Below are positions 1 through 9,282 of a stretch of DNA of 64,000 nucleotides, one piece after another (the stretch's first letter is position 1; each line of letters opens with the position of its first letter). The notes below the pieces were generated by a model. The model did not search any database. It saw only the letters and a list, made by a program, of their open reading frames with translations, and was not told the origin of the DNA. The stretch is taken from the NCBI GenBank assembly GCA_963774015.1, contig CAVZDH010000011.1, positions 96,573 to 160,572 on the forward strand, given 5' to 3'. The translations under genes were made by a program, and so were the position numbers. Origin of the DNA: an uncultured delta proteobacterium (GTDB lineage: Bacteria; Desulfobacterota; Binatia; UTPRO1).

Positions 1-1
1 G

Positions 2-1138
2 CAGCGCGGCACGTATCGCGTGATGGGCATCACGTCGCGCACCGGCCGTCTCGACGAGGAGATCAAGAGCGTCGAGTTCCACGCCGACGGCTTCGACGCG
101 GCGCTCGCGCGCCTGCCGCCCGACACCTGCCTCGCCGTACGGTCGCCGACCGCCTCGCCGATCCCCGCGATGTTGAGCACGCGGTGGGAGATCGGGCCGT
201 TCCTCGGCGCCGCGCTGCGCCGCGGCGACGAGGTGCTCGGCATGCTGCTCGTCGGAGAGGACGACGCGGGGTCGCTGTTCTCGCCCACCACCGAGCGCCT
301 CCTGGTCGGCATCGCCCACCAGACGGTTCTGGCACTCGACAACGCGCGCCTCGTCGACGAGCTCCGGGCCGCGAGCACGCTCAAGTCGGAGTTCATCGGC
401 ACGATGTCGCACGAGCTGCGCTCGCCCCTGAATGCGATCATCGGGTACACCGACCTCCTACGCGACGAGGCGCAAGCCGCGGCGGCCACCGATGCGGAGG
501 CCGCCGCCCGCGACGATACGCTCGGCCGCATCCGCTTCTATTCGCTGCAGCTCCTCGAGATGATCCAAGCGACGCTCGACGTCAGCCGGCTCGAGGCGGG
601 CCGGCTGCCCGTGCATCCGATACCGGTCGACCTCGGTGCCTTCTTCGCGGAGCTCCGCGCCGGCATCCCGGAATACTGGCAGAAGGAGGGGGTCGCGCTC
701 GAGTGGGACGCGCCCGCCGATCCGCCGATGGTCGAGCTCGATGGGCCGAAGCTCGTCACCGTCGTGCGGAACCTCGTACACAATGCCCTCAAGTTCACCG
801 AGCAGGGACGCGTCGTCGTGCAGGGGCGCCTCGACACGCGCCTCTCCGAAGACGACGCGGCCCCCACCGAATCGCTCACCGTGACGGTCTCCGACACGGG
901 CATCGGCATCCCACGCGAGCAGCTCGACCTCGTGTTCGAGATGTTCCGCCAGGTCGACGGCTCCGACAGCCGGCGACACGGCGGCGTCGGGCTCGGCCTC
1001 TACATCGTGAACCGGCTCACCCAAGCGCTCGGCGGCACCGTCCGCGTCGACAGCATGCCGGGACGCGGCAGCACCTTCAGCGTCGCGGTGCCGGTGCGGC
1101 GGATCAGCGAGGGCGAGACGCAACGGGCGGCGGGCTGA
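2..1138 (+). CDS. sensor histidine kinase (GAF-like N-terminal part, HisKA, HATPase_c); 5' end probably outside the window
   Basis: Frame of ORF 20..1138 stays open back to base 2. H-box MSHELRSPLNAIIGYTDLL; ATP-lid motifs DTGIGIP and GGVGLGLYIV. Confidence 0.9.
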   Translation, partial: QRGTYRVMGITSRTGRLDEEIKSVEFHADGFDAALARLPPDTCLAVRSPTASPIPAMLSTRWEIGPFLGAALRRGDEVLGMLLVGEDDAGSLFSPTTERLLVGIAHQTVLALDNARLVDELRAASTLKSEFIGTMSHELRSPLNAIIGYTDLLRDEAQAAAATDAEAAARDDTLGRIRFYSLQLLEMIQATLDVSRLEAGRLPVHPIPVDLGAFFAELRAGIPEYWQKEGVALEWDAPADPPMVELDGPKLVTVVRNLVHNALKFTEQGRVVVQGRLDTRLSEDDAAPTESLTVTVSDTGIGIPREQLDLVFEMFRQVDGSDSRRHGGVGLGLYIVNRLTQALGGTVRVDSMPGRGSTFSVAVPVRRISEGETQRAAG

Positions 1139-1991
1139 GCGTCGCGCGGCGAAGGCGCCGGATCGCGATCGGTACGCGGACGGGCCAGCGACGAAGCGCA
1201 CGCGCGCAGCCGCGCTCGAGCTCGTGCCCCAGCGCTCGCCGCATCGCCCACTCGGCCGGCGTGCTCATCGCGCGTCGCCACGCCGCGCGGCCGACGCGCC
1301 GCACCTCGTCGGGGTAGCGGTCGGGCGTCTCCCAATCGAGCCCGTCGCACTCGACGTAGGCGAGCGGCGGCGCCCGTCGTCCGGCGCGCGCATCGAGGCC
1401 GGCGAGCAACGCCACCCACTCGCCGTACATCGTCGCGCCGCGCGCCCGGGAGCGCGCGAGGAAGCGTTCCACCTGGGCGCGCGCGAGCACGAACGACGGC
1501 ACGAGAAAGTCGACGCGGCCGCCGAGCCCGAGGCGCGCCGCGAACCGTCGTTCCGCGTCGTGCTCGGTCTCGACCAACGCCGCGTGATGGCTCGCGTGCG
1601 CGCGTGGCGTGCGGCCGATCACCAGGAGCGGATGGCGGCGCGCCGTCACGAGCAGCGCCGCGAGCTCGCGGGGGCGGCGGGCCACCCAATGCAGCGCGCG
1701 GTCGAAGTCGAGGTAGTGGACGCATGCGACGTCGGTCGCGTGCGCGGCGCGCAAGGCCGAGCGATAGAGCGGGCCACGCGCATTGATACGAAACGACCCG
1801 GCGTCGACCCCGTACGCCGCGAGGAGCGCGCGCACGCGACGGTCGGTCGGCGGGCTGCTCGCCACACGGACGTGCGCATAGAGCCGCACGAGCGCGGGAA
1901 GACGGCGCGCGATCTCGCCGAGCAACGCGCCCTCGGGATCGTGGAGCGTGGCGGCGAGCGCGATCTCGCCGCCGGACGCGCGTGGCCTCAC
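1104..1991 (-). CDS. hypothetical protein, translationally coupled to ilvA
   Basis: Lower 888 nt of track ORF 1104..3575, with non-repetitive composition (HYLDFDRALHW, YVECDGLDWETPDRY). GTG at 1991..1989 overlaps the ilvA TGA at 1990..1988 (GTGA). No family recognised by eye. Confidence 0.6.
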   Translation of the reverse strand: MRPRASGGEIALAATLHDPEGALLGEIARRLPALVRLYAHVRVASSPPTDRRVRALLAAYGVDAGSFRINARGPLYRSALRAAHATDVACVHYLDFDRALHWVARRPRELAALLVTARRHPLLVIGRTPRAHASHHAALVETEHDAERRFAARLGLGGRVDFLVPSFVLARAQVERFLARSRARGATMYGEWVALLAGLDARAGRRAPPLAYVECDGLDWETPDRYPDEVRRVGRAAWRRAMSTPAEWAMRRALGHELERGCARALRRWPVRVPIAIRRLRRATLSPPPVASRPR

Positions 1992-3499
1992 CGCAGGAAG
2001 AAGCGCGCGGCCGGGTCGTCGGTCTCGTCGCTGCAGCGAAAGCCGAGCTCGGCGAGGGTCGCGCGGAGGGCGGCGCGCTCGCCCGCCGGCACCTCGAAGC
2101 CGCAGAGCACGCGCCCATAGGCGGCGCCGTTGTTGCGGTAGTGGAAGAGGGAGATGTTCCAGCGGCTGCCGAGGCTCGTGAGGAACTGCATCAGCGCGCC
2201 CGGGCGCTCGGGAAACTCGAAGCTGTACAGCACCTCGTCGCGTACCGCGGGGCTCCGACCGCCGACCATGTGGCGCACGTGGGTCTTCGCGAGGTCGTCC
2301 TCGCCGAGGTCGACGCAGCCGTACCCGTGGGCGCGGAGGGTGTCGGCGAGCGCGCAGGCTTCCGGACGTCCGCTCACCTCGACGCCGACGAAGATGTGCG
2401 CCTCGGCGCGCGTCGCGAGCCGGTAGTTGAACTCGGTGACGCTGCGCTCGCCGATGGTACGGCAGAACTCGAGGAACGCGCCCGGGCGCTCGGGGATCGT
2501 GACGGCGAGGATCGCCTCGCGATGCTCGCCGATCTCGGCGCGCTCGGTGACGTAGCCGAGGCGCGTGAAGTTCATGTTGGCGCCCGACGCGATCACGACG
2601 GCTGCGCCGGGCGCGAGCGTCCCGCCCTCGAATGCCCGCTTCATGCCGGCGAGCGCGACCGCCCCCGACGGTTCGAGCACCGTGCGGGTCTCCTCGAACG
2701 CGTCCTTGATGGCGGCGCAGATCTCGTCGGTCGTGACCGTGAGCGTACCGTCGAGATAGCGCCGGCAGAGCTCGAACGTGAGGGCGCCGACCTGTCGCAC
2801 GGCGACGCCGTCGGCGAAGCGGCCGACGTGGTCCAGCACCACGCGCTCGCCCGCCGCGAGCGCGCGCGTCATCGCGTCCGAATCGTCGGGCTCGACGCCG
2901 ATGATCCGCACCTCGGGACGGAGCTCCTTCACCGCGGACGCGATCCCGGCCGCGAGCCCGCCGCCCCCGATCGGCACGAAGATGCTGCCGAGGTCGCGCG
3001 GCGCCTGACGGAGGATCTCGAGCCCGACCGTGCCCTGGCCCGCGATGACGTCGAGGTCGTCGAAGGGCGGCACGACCGTCATGCCGGTCGCAGCCGCGAC
3101 GCCTGCCGCATGCGCGGCCGCAGCCGCGTAGTCGTCGCCGACGAGCTCGACGTCGACACCGTAGCCGCGGACGGCCGCCACCTTGATCGCGGGCGTCGTG
3201 CGCGGCATCACGATGCGGCAGCGGAGGCCGAGGCGCGTCGCCGCGTAGGCGACGCCTTGCGCGTGATTCCCGGCCGACGCCGCGATCACACCGGCGGCGC
3301 GCGCGGCGGCGTCGAGCTGCGCGATGCGATTGTAGGCGCCGCGCAGCTTGAACGAGAAAATCGGGGTCAGATCCTCGCGCTTCAGCCAGACGTCGTGCCC
3401 GAGACGCGCGGAGAGCGCGGGCGCGCGCTGGAGCGGCGTCGGCTCGGGCAGCACCTCGGCGACGCGTGCGTTCACGACGCGCTTCAGCATCTCGTGCAT
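1988..3499 (-). CDS. ilvA: threonine ammonia-lyase (biosynthetic threonine dehydratase)
   Basis: PLP-lysine motif SFKLRGAYN, GNHAQGVA, and C-terminal regulatory domains. ATG at 3499 (MHEMLKRVV) chosen because the upstream part of ORF 1988..3631 is Arg-rich. Confidence 0.92.
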   Translation of the reverse strand: MHEMLKRVVNARVAEVLPEPTPLQRAPALSARLGHDVWLKREDLTPIFSFKLRGAYNRIAQLDAAARAAGVIAASAGNHAQGVAYAATRLGLRCRIVMPRTTPAIKVAAVRGYGVDVELVGDDYAAAAAHAAGVAAATGMTVVPPFDDLDVIAGQGTVGLEILRQAPRDLGSIFVPIGGGGLAAGIASAVKELRPEVRIIGVEPDDSDAMTRALAAGERVVLDHVGRFADGVAVRQVGALTFELCRRYLDGTLTVTTDEICAAIKDAFEETRTVLEPSGAVALAGMKRAFEGGTLAPGAAVVIASGANMNFTRLGYVTERAEIGEHREAILAVTIPERPGAFLEFCRTIGERSVTEFNYRLATRAEAHIFVGVEVSGRPEACALADTLRAHGYGCVDLGEDDLAKTHVRHMVGGRSPAVRDEVLYSFEFPERPGALMQFLTSLGSRWNISLFHYRNNGAAYGRVLCGFEVPAGERAALRATLAELGFRCSDETDDPAARFFLR

Positions 3500-3662
3500 C
3501 CGGCGAGGGTAGCCGATTTCGCGCGATTCCGCGCCCGCCAAAAGGCCCGCCCGGAGGCGGCGCGATCTCCCGCATGATCTATTGCACCGCGTCCCTCGGG
3601 ACCTTCGGCACCGGCTACCTCTTGCCGCCATTGCCCCCGGCCGATTGATGCCGGGCTGACGG

Positions 3663-4220
3663 CTACGTCGGCAGATCGAGCGTGACGCCGACGTCGTAGA
3701 CGAGCCGCCCCTCGACGACGCGCGCGAAATCCGGCAGCCGGTGCGGGGCGGCGTGCCCGCCCGAGTCGATGTGCCGCACCGTCCAGCCCCCGACCACGAG
3801 TCGATCGGCGATCAGGCGGCGGTGGCATTGCCACCAGAGCGCCTCGGCGCAGAAGAACGCCGTCGGCGCCGCGGCGGCTTGGTGCTCGAGCACGGCCAGC
3901 GCCTCCGCGAACTCCGCCGTGTCCATGTAGTCCGCATAGGCGCGAAAGGCCGGGACCTCCCACGCCAGGTGCGGTGAGGGTCGGTCGAGGCGGCGACGGC
4001 GCCGGCCCCCGAGGCCCGGCATCCAATGATAGGCGAGATCGCGCGCCTGGCAGCTCAGAACGAGCGCCTCTCGGCCGAACTGCGGATGGCGTCGCGACGC
4101 CGGGATCGCCCGCACGTCGGCGACCGTCCGGATCCCGTGCCACTCGAGAAAGCCGAAGAACACCTCCGCCGAGTGGCTCGAGTGCCCGATCGTGTAGACG
4201 ACGCGACCGTCCGACGGCAT
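3663..4220 (-). CDS. DUF488 family protein
   Basis: 185-aa ORF with TIGHS N-terminus and the CAEALWWQCHRRLIAD motif typical of DUF488. Confidence 0.8.
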   Translation of the reverse strand: MPSDGRVVYTIGHSSHSAEVFFGFLEWHGIRTVADVRAIPASRRHPQFGREALVLSCQARDLAYHWMPGLGGRRRRRLDRPSPHLAWEVPAFRAYADYMDTAEFAEALAVLEHQAAAAPTAFFCAEALWWQCHRRLIADRLVVGGWTVRHIDSGGHAAPHRLPDFARVVEGRLVYDVGVTLDLPT

Positions 4221-4267
4221 CGCCCGTCACCAAAGCAAACGGCGGCGCGCAACGCGAGCCGTCGGCC

Positions 4268-4368
4268 GGGGCCGAAATCTACGAGGACCGCGAATTCACT
4301 TCGCGGGCCTCGGGCCATCGGAGCATTCGGACGCGCAGCGGCCGAAGCGCACGGGGCCGAAATCTACG
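4268..4368. repeat. perfect 16-nt direct repeat GGGGCCGAAATCTACG (4268-4283 and 4353-4368)
   Basis: Read directly. The second copy spans the stop codon of the lipoprotein gene, and a hairpin lies between the copies. Confidence 0.8.
4288..4306 (-). terminator. stem-loop CCGCGAA-TTCAC-TTCGCGG downstream of the lipoprotein gene
   Basis: 7-bp perfect stem and 5-nt loop about 60 nt after the stop at 4364. No clear U-tract. Confidence 0.3.
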
Positions 4369-4936
4369 GCGCCGGGTGGGCCCCGTCGTCGGTGAGCGCC
4401 CGAACCTGATTCGCCGAGGCCGTGACCGACGCCGGGTTCGTGAAGTCGGTCGTCGCGACGAACCGCACGGCCGCGTCCTCGAGGTTCTGGATGCGCTGGG
4501 CATCGAGGTCGTTGCCTGCGATGTCGCCGTCGATGACGGCCTGAACGCCCGCCTCGCACGCGATGTCAGTGTGTCCGTCGAGTTGCTTCCCGTTGTCGTT
4601 CGACGAGGCGAGGATGAGACCGCTCACGCGGATGCCCTTGCCCGAGACGGCGCCCGAGATGATCACCGCGACGCTCACCGTTTTTCGGAGGATGCCGAAG
4701 TAGCGGCCGTCATTCGTCGTGACGTCGGTCACGAGGGGATCGTTCGGGCGATCCGGATCGATGATGATGAACGGCGAGCTGCTGACCTCCTGACCGCCGT
4801 TGGCGACCGGAAAGGTGGCCGCACCGCTGATCGTGACGCGATTGCTGCTCCCTGCTCCCCCACCGCCGCAGCCGGCGACCAGCAACCCGAACGCCAGCGC
4901 TGCCCCGAGAACACGAACCGTACGTTGTGCCTTCAT
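4364..4936 (-). CDS. secreted lipoprotein, function unknown
   Basis: MKAQRTVRVLGAALAFGLLVAGCGGGG has a signal peptide and lipobox (VAGC). ATG at 4936 is preceded by a G-rich SD. The upstream part of ORF 4364..5053 was discarded. Confidence 0.8.
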   Translation of the reverse strand: MKAQRTVRVLGAALAFGLLVAGCGGGGAGSSNRVTISGAATFPVANGGQEVSSSPFIIIDPDRPNDPLVTDVTTNDGRYFGILRKTVSVAVIISGAVSGKGIRVSGLILASSNDNGKQLDGHTDIACEAGVQAVIDGDIAGNDLDAQRIQNLEDAAVRFVATTDFTNPASVTASANQVRALTDDGAHPAP

Positions 4937-5052
4937 GGCCCCCCCTTTTCCCGACCGGACATAGCGGTCGAGGGCGCGCGATTTCAAGCGCTGACGGTTG
5001 CGTGGGCAGGACGCGGGCGCTACTGCGCCTCTGCACCCGAAAGGAGCAGGCA

Positions 5053-5555
5053 ATGATCAAGGTCTACGGCGTCCCGATGTCGCGGGCGATGCGCGTTCTC
5101 TGGGCACTCGAGGAGGTCGGCACGCCCTACGAGCTGCGTCGGTGAGGAAGTGCGTCGAGACGCGGAAGTACGGTCAGGCGATCTGGCCGAAGACGGTGGC
5201 CGACGAGGGCCGTGCCTATCAATGGAGCATCTGGGCGATGACCGAGCTCGAAGAGCCGGTGATCACCACCCTCATGCACCGCATGTTCCTGCCCGAGGCG
5301 CAGCGCGAGCCGAAGAAGGCCGAGGAGGCGGCCGTGCGCTTCGAGAAGCCGCTCGCGGTCCTGAACGGCGCGCTCGCCGGGACGCAGTGGCTCGCCGGCC
5401 CGAACTTCACGATCGCCGACCTGAACGTGGCATCGGTGCTGAGCCTGGCCCCGATGGCCGGCCTCGACCTGTCGACCGCGCCGAACGCCGCGGGCTGGCT
5501 CGCGCGCTGTACGGCCCGCCCCGCGCTGGCACGCGCCCAGGCGACCCCGGGCTAG
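5053..5555 (+). pseudogene. glutathione S-transferase with internal deletion and frame break
   Basis: AAGGAG SD at 5041-5046 and ATG at 5053. The N-terminal GST start MIKVYGVPMSRAMRVLWALEEVGTPYEL ends at TGA 5143. The GST C-terminal domain (KYGQAIWPKT...QWSIWAMTELE...WLAGPNFTIADL) resumes in another frame from about 5166. Confidence 0.8.
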
Positions 5556-5661
5556 CCGGTCACGCCCGGGCACCCGTCGGCCAGCCGGTTGCGTTTGCCG
5601 CGTCCGTCGGTTCAAATCACTCGGTTCACACGTCAGGTCGCCGCACCGAGGAGGAATCACC

Positions 5662-7098
5662 ATGGCCCAGACCGCTCAGCTCCGCCATTTCGAAGCCGTC
5701 GACAACGAAGCGCAGCGTATCTTCAACCTGCAGCGCGCCGCCTACCTTCGGCATCCCTACCCGAGCATCGACGAGCGGCGGGCCAACCTCGACACCGTCG
5801 AGCGCATCCTGGTCGACAACGCCGACGCGATCGCCGACGCGATCAACGCCGACTTCGGCCATCGCGCCGCCGAGGAGTCGAAGCTGCTCGAGCTCTTCAA
5901 TTGCGTCGACGGCATCCGCGCGGCCAAGAAGAAGCTCGCGAAGTGGATGGCGCCGCAGCACCGCCACGTCGGCATCCTCTTCGCGACCGCGAAGAACCGG
6001 CTGATTCCGCAGCCGAAGGGCGTGATCGGCCTGGTGTCGCCGTGGAACTACCCCCTGTTCCTCACGATCAGCCCGCTCACGAGCATTCTCGCCGCCGGCA
6101 ACCGCTGCATGATCAAGATGGCGAGCAACTCGAGCAACCTCTGTCGCCTCCTCGCCGAAAAGTTCCGTCAGGAGTTCCCCGAGGACATGGTGGCGATCCT
6201 GCCGGGCGTGAAGCCGAACGACTTCACCACCCTGCCCTTCGACCACATCATCTTCACCGGCTCGGCCGACGCCGGCCGAAACGTGATGCGCGCCGCCGCG
6301 GAAAACCTCACGCCGGTGACGCTCGAGCTCGGCGGCAAGTCGCCGACCATCATCGCGCCCGACTACGACGTCGAGACCGCCGCCGGCCGCATCCTCTACG
6401 CCAAGTTCGTGAACGCCGGGCAGACCTGCCTCGCACCCGACTATCTCTTCGTTCCCGAGGAGAAAGCCGAGACCTTCGTGCAGGCGGCCGAAAAGATCCT
6501 CGCGGAGCGCTACCCGGATACGAACGACCGCAGCTATACGTCCGTCATCGACGAGAAGTCCTACCGGCGCCTGCGCAACACGCTCGACGACGCCGTGAAG
6601 AAAGGCGCCCGCGCCGTCTCCCTCGTCCCGGGCGCGACCTTCAACGACCAGCTGCGAAAGTTCCCGCCGCACCTCGTGCTGAACCCGACCGACGACATGA
6701 TCATCATGAAGGAGGAGATCTTCGGACCGCTCCTCCCGATCAAGACCTACCGGTCGCTCGACGAGGTGCTCGCCTACGTGAACGCCAAGGACCGTCCGCT
6801 CGGCCTCTACCTCTTCACCGACGACAAGGCGGTCGAGGACCAGGTGCTGTACGGCACGATCTCGGGCGGGGTCACGATCAACAACTGCATGTTCCACATC
6901 GCGCAGCACGACCTGCCGTTCGGCGGCATCGGCGCGAGCGGCATGGGCCACTACCACGGGTACGAGGGCTTCCAGGAGTTCAGCAAGATGCGCCCGGTCC
7001 ACACCAACCCGCGGCTCTCGGGCATTCAGATGTTCTACCCGCCCTACACGAAGCTGCACACGCGGCTGTTCGACCTGCTGCTGCGCTTCAAGCGGTAG
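5662..7098 (+). CDS. NAD(P)-dependent aldehyde dehydrogenase (coniferyl-aldehyde / ALDH3-like class)
   Basis: 478 aa. Catalytic motifs LELGGKSP and FVNAGQTCLAPDY; PFGGIGASGMG. Confidence 0.92.
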   Translation: MAQTAQLRHFEAVDNEAQRIFNLQRAAYLRHPYPSIDERRANLDTVERILVDNADAIADAINADFGHRAAEESKLLELFNCVDGIRAAKKKLAKWMAPQHRHVGILFATAKNRLIPQPKGVIGLVSPWNYPLFLTISPLTSILAAGNRCMIKMASNSSNLCRLLAEKFRQEFPEDMVAILPGVKPNDFTTLPFDHIIFTGSADAGRNVMRAAAENLTPVTLELGGKSPTIIAPDYDVETAAGRILYAKFVNAGQTCLAPDYLFVPEEKAETFVQAAEKILAERYPDTNDRSYTSVIDEKSYRRLRNTLDDAVKKGARAVSLVPGATFNDQLRKFPPHLVLNPTDDMIIMKEEIFGPLLPIKTYRSLDEVLAYVNAKDRPLGLYLFTDDKAVEDQVLYGTISGGVTINNCMFHIAQHDLPFGGIGASGMGHYHGYEGFQEFSKMRPVHTNPRLSGIQMFYPPYTKLHTRLFDLLLRFKR

Positions 7099-7301
7099 GA
7101 GTCGGGGGTTCTGGCATCCTTACGGACTGCCCTCGGGTCTGTCCCGGTACGTGGAAACCTCTCCGCGAAGACGACATCGCACGACCGCAACGGCCCGGCA
7201 CCATCTCCTCGTAGCGATGCCGTCCCTTCGGGCCACTGCCGACGTGGTCGCCAAAGGGTAGCGGGCTTCGCGCTCGAGTGATCCGCGCGGCCCGCGGCGA
7301 C

Positions 7302-8549
7302 TCAGGACGCGCCGCGGTCGCCCGTTTCGAGCACGCGGACCCGTTCGACCACGGGCGGGTGCGAGTGGTGCAGCGCCACGTACCACGGGTGCGGCGTCAG
7401 GTTGGATAGCGTGTCGGCCGAGAGCCGGCGCAGGCCACGGGCGAGATCGCGGCCGGTGCCGACGGCGTCGGCGGCGAAGCGATCGGCAGCGTACTCGTGG
7501 CGCCGCGACAGCGCGTTCAGCGCGAGCGCAAGCGGGAGGTCGATCGGGGTCAGGAGGATCCCGAAGACGACCAGCCCGGCGTGCACCGAGGGGCGATCGA
7601 TCGCGAACGCGGCGAAGAGCGACGGCGCGTGCAGCACCCACGACAGGAGCCAGAGCAGGACGCCGGTGTGCCCGATCGCGATCGCGAGACCGAGCTGGAC
7701 GTGCCGCCGCTTGTAGTGTCCGATTTCGTGTGCCACGACGGCGAGGATCTCGCCGGCGCCGAGCGTCGCGAGCAGCGTGTCGAAGAGCGCGATCCGCTTC
7801 CGCGACCCGAAGCCGGTGAAGAAGGCATTCGCTTTGCTCGAGCGCCTCGAGCCGTCGATCACCCAGACACCGGCGAGGGGGAAGCCGACCCGCTCGGCGA
7901 GCCGCAAGAGCGCGTCCTTGAGATCGCCGGCGGGCAGGCTCGTGAAACGATTGAAGAGCGGCATGATCCAGGTGGGCGCGACGTACTGCACGCCGACCGT
8001 CCACGCGGCGACGAGCGCCCAACACCAGAGCCACGCCTGCGGTCCCATCGTCTCGAACAGCCCCAGGATGGCCGCGAGCAACGGTCCGCCGAGCGCCACC
8101 GCCAGCGCGACGCCGGTCGCGACGTCGGTCCAAAACGTCCGCGGCGTGGCGCGATTGAAGCCGTAGCGCTCCTCGATGACGAACGTCCCGTACCAGGAGA
8201 ACGGCAGCTGCACGGCGCCCTGGGCGACGAGCAGCACGGCGACGAACGCGAGACCGGTCGGGACCTCCGGCCAACCGAGCGCGCGCGTCCAGCGGTCGAC
8301 CGCGCCGAAGCCGCCGCCGAGCCAGAACGCGAGGAGCAGCGCGAGACGTACGCTCGAGGCGATCCACCCGAAGCGGGTCCGCTCGCGCGCGTAGTCTTGG
8401 GAGCGGCGGTAACGCTCGGCGTCGTAGAGATCGCGGAAGTCGGCAGGCGCCTCGGGGCGGAGCGCACGGAGGTTCAAGAGGTCGGTGGCGAGGTAGATCG
8501 CGAAATCGATCAGGAGCACCGCGATCAGCAGCGTTCGCCAAGGCAGCAT
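7302..8549 (-). CDS. M48 family zinc metallopeptidase (Ste24/HtpX-like), polytopic
   Basis: HEIGHYKRRH zinc motif and multiple TM helices. ATG at 8549 (MLPWRTLLIAVLL). Confidence 0.9.
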   Translation of the reverse strand: MLPWRTLLIAVLLIDFAIYLATDLLNLRALRPEAPADFRDLYDAERYRRSQDYARERTRFGWIASSVRLALLLAFWLGGGFGAVDRWTRALGWPEVPTGLAFVAVLLVAQGAVQLPFSWYGTFVIEERYGFNRATPRTFWTDVATGVALAVALGGPLLAAILGLFETMGPQAWLWCWALVAAWTVGVQYVAPTWIMPLFNRFTSLPAGDLKDALLRLAERVGFPLAGVWVIDGSRRSSKANAFFTGFGSRKRIALFDTLLATLGAGEILAVVAHEIGHYKRRHVQLGLAIAIGHTGVLLWLLSWVLHAPSLFAAFAIDRPSVHAGLVVFGILLTPIDLPLALALNALSRRHEYAADRFAADAVGTGRDLARGLRRLSADTLSNLTPHPWYVALHHSHPPVVERVRVLETGDRGAS

Positions 8550-8773
8550 GTGCGACGGAGTTAAGGCACCGGCGGGGAGTGCCGGCAAGCGCACCCCCGA
8601 GATCGGTCGGCGCCAGCGGCGCGACGCGATTGCTGGGCGTGCCGCCGGCGTGCCTCGTGCACGCATTCGTGGCGCGGTGGTGACATCGATCGACCCGCCT
8701 TTGCGGGGTGTTTCGATTCGCGGACCGCGTGATCAACGGGCCTGCCGACAGCAACCTCGCTGAGCCGTCCTGA

Positions 8774-9217
8774 ATTCGGCACGCCTCTGGATGGCCGACC
8801 CACCAGCATTTCGGTCGGCGTCGTGCCGTTGGCGCGCTCGTTCTGATCGGAGTCGTCGTCACGGCCATCTCGATCTGTACGGCCCGCAATACCGCGGCGG
8901 AAGAGGCCAAGCGCACCATGAAGGTGCAAGAGGTGCGGGCCGAGATCCAGCGGCCGCAGGCCCCACTGCTCCTGTCGGTCGAGATGATTCCCGACCCGGC
9001 GGCAGGGAGTGTCCACGCGATACCGCAGAGAGGGGACGGTGGCGTTGCGCCGATCGCCGTCGACCCCGAAGCGACGAACCCCCGCGGCGTCGCACAGCAC
9101 GCGATCGAGTGGCGGCTCGGCGTGCGACCGGGGGCGCCGCCGTTTCTCGCCTGCGTCGGCGATCGGTATTGCTTACCCGACGAGTTCGCCACCGAGCGGG
9201 TCCGCGGTCTCGGCTGA
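8774..9217 (+). CDS. hypothetical membrane-anchored protein; true start unresolved
   Basis: Strong GC3 bias in this frame from about 8805 to the TGA at 9215-9217, including a TM-like AVGALVLIGVVVTAISICTA. The only in-frame ATG/GTG/TTG is at 8918, after the TM segment. ATG 8791 is in another frame. Confidence 0.45.
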   Translation: MRHASGWPTHQHFGRRRAVGALVLIGVVVTAISICTARNTAAEEAKRTMKVQEVRAEIQRPQAPLLLSVEMIPDPAAGSVHAIPQRGDGGVAPIAVDPEATNPRGVAQHAIEWRLGVRPGAPPFLACVGDRYCLPDEFATERVRGLG

Positions 9218-9282
9218 TCGCGGCGATCTGCTGTCCCTCCGGGCCAAGCTTACGGACGCTTCGCGGCGTCGCGCGGCACCCG

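Noticed and set aside
1992-3575. Upper part of the 823-aa track ORF 1104..3575
   Set aside because: It is Arg/Ala/Pro/Gly-rich shadow sequence lying over the motif-bearing ilvA frame on the same strand. Only the lower 888 nt, after the GTGA junction, look like a real protein.
8561-9100. 179-aa minus-strand ORF between the peptidase and the oxidoreductase
   Set aside because: Its third-position composition is poor compared with the plus-strand frame at 8805-9217, and it has no motifs.
7120-9192. 690-aa minus-strand ORF
   Set aside because: It overlaps the M48 peptidase, which has an HEXXH motif and TM helices, in another frame. Its composition is the typical Arg/Ala/Pro GC shadow.
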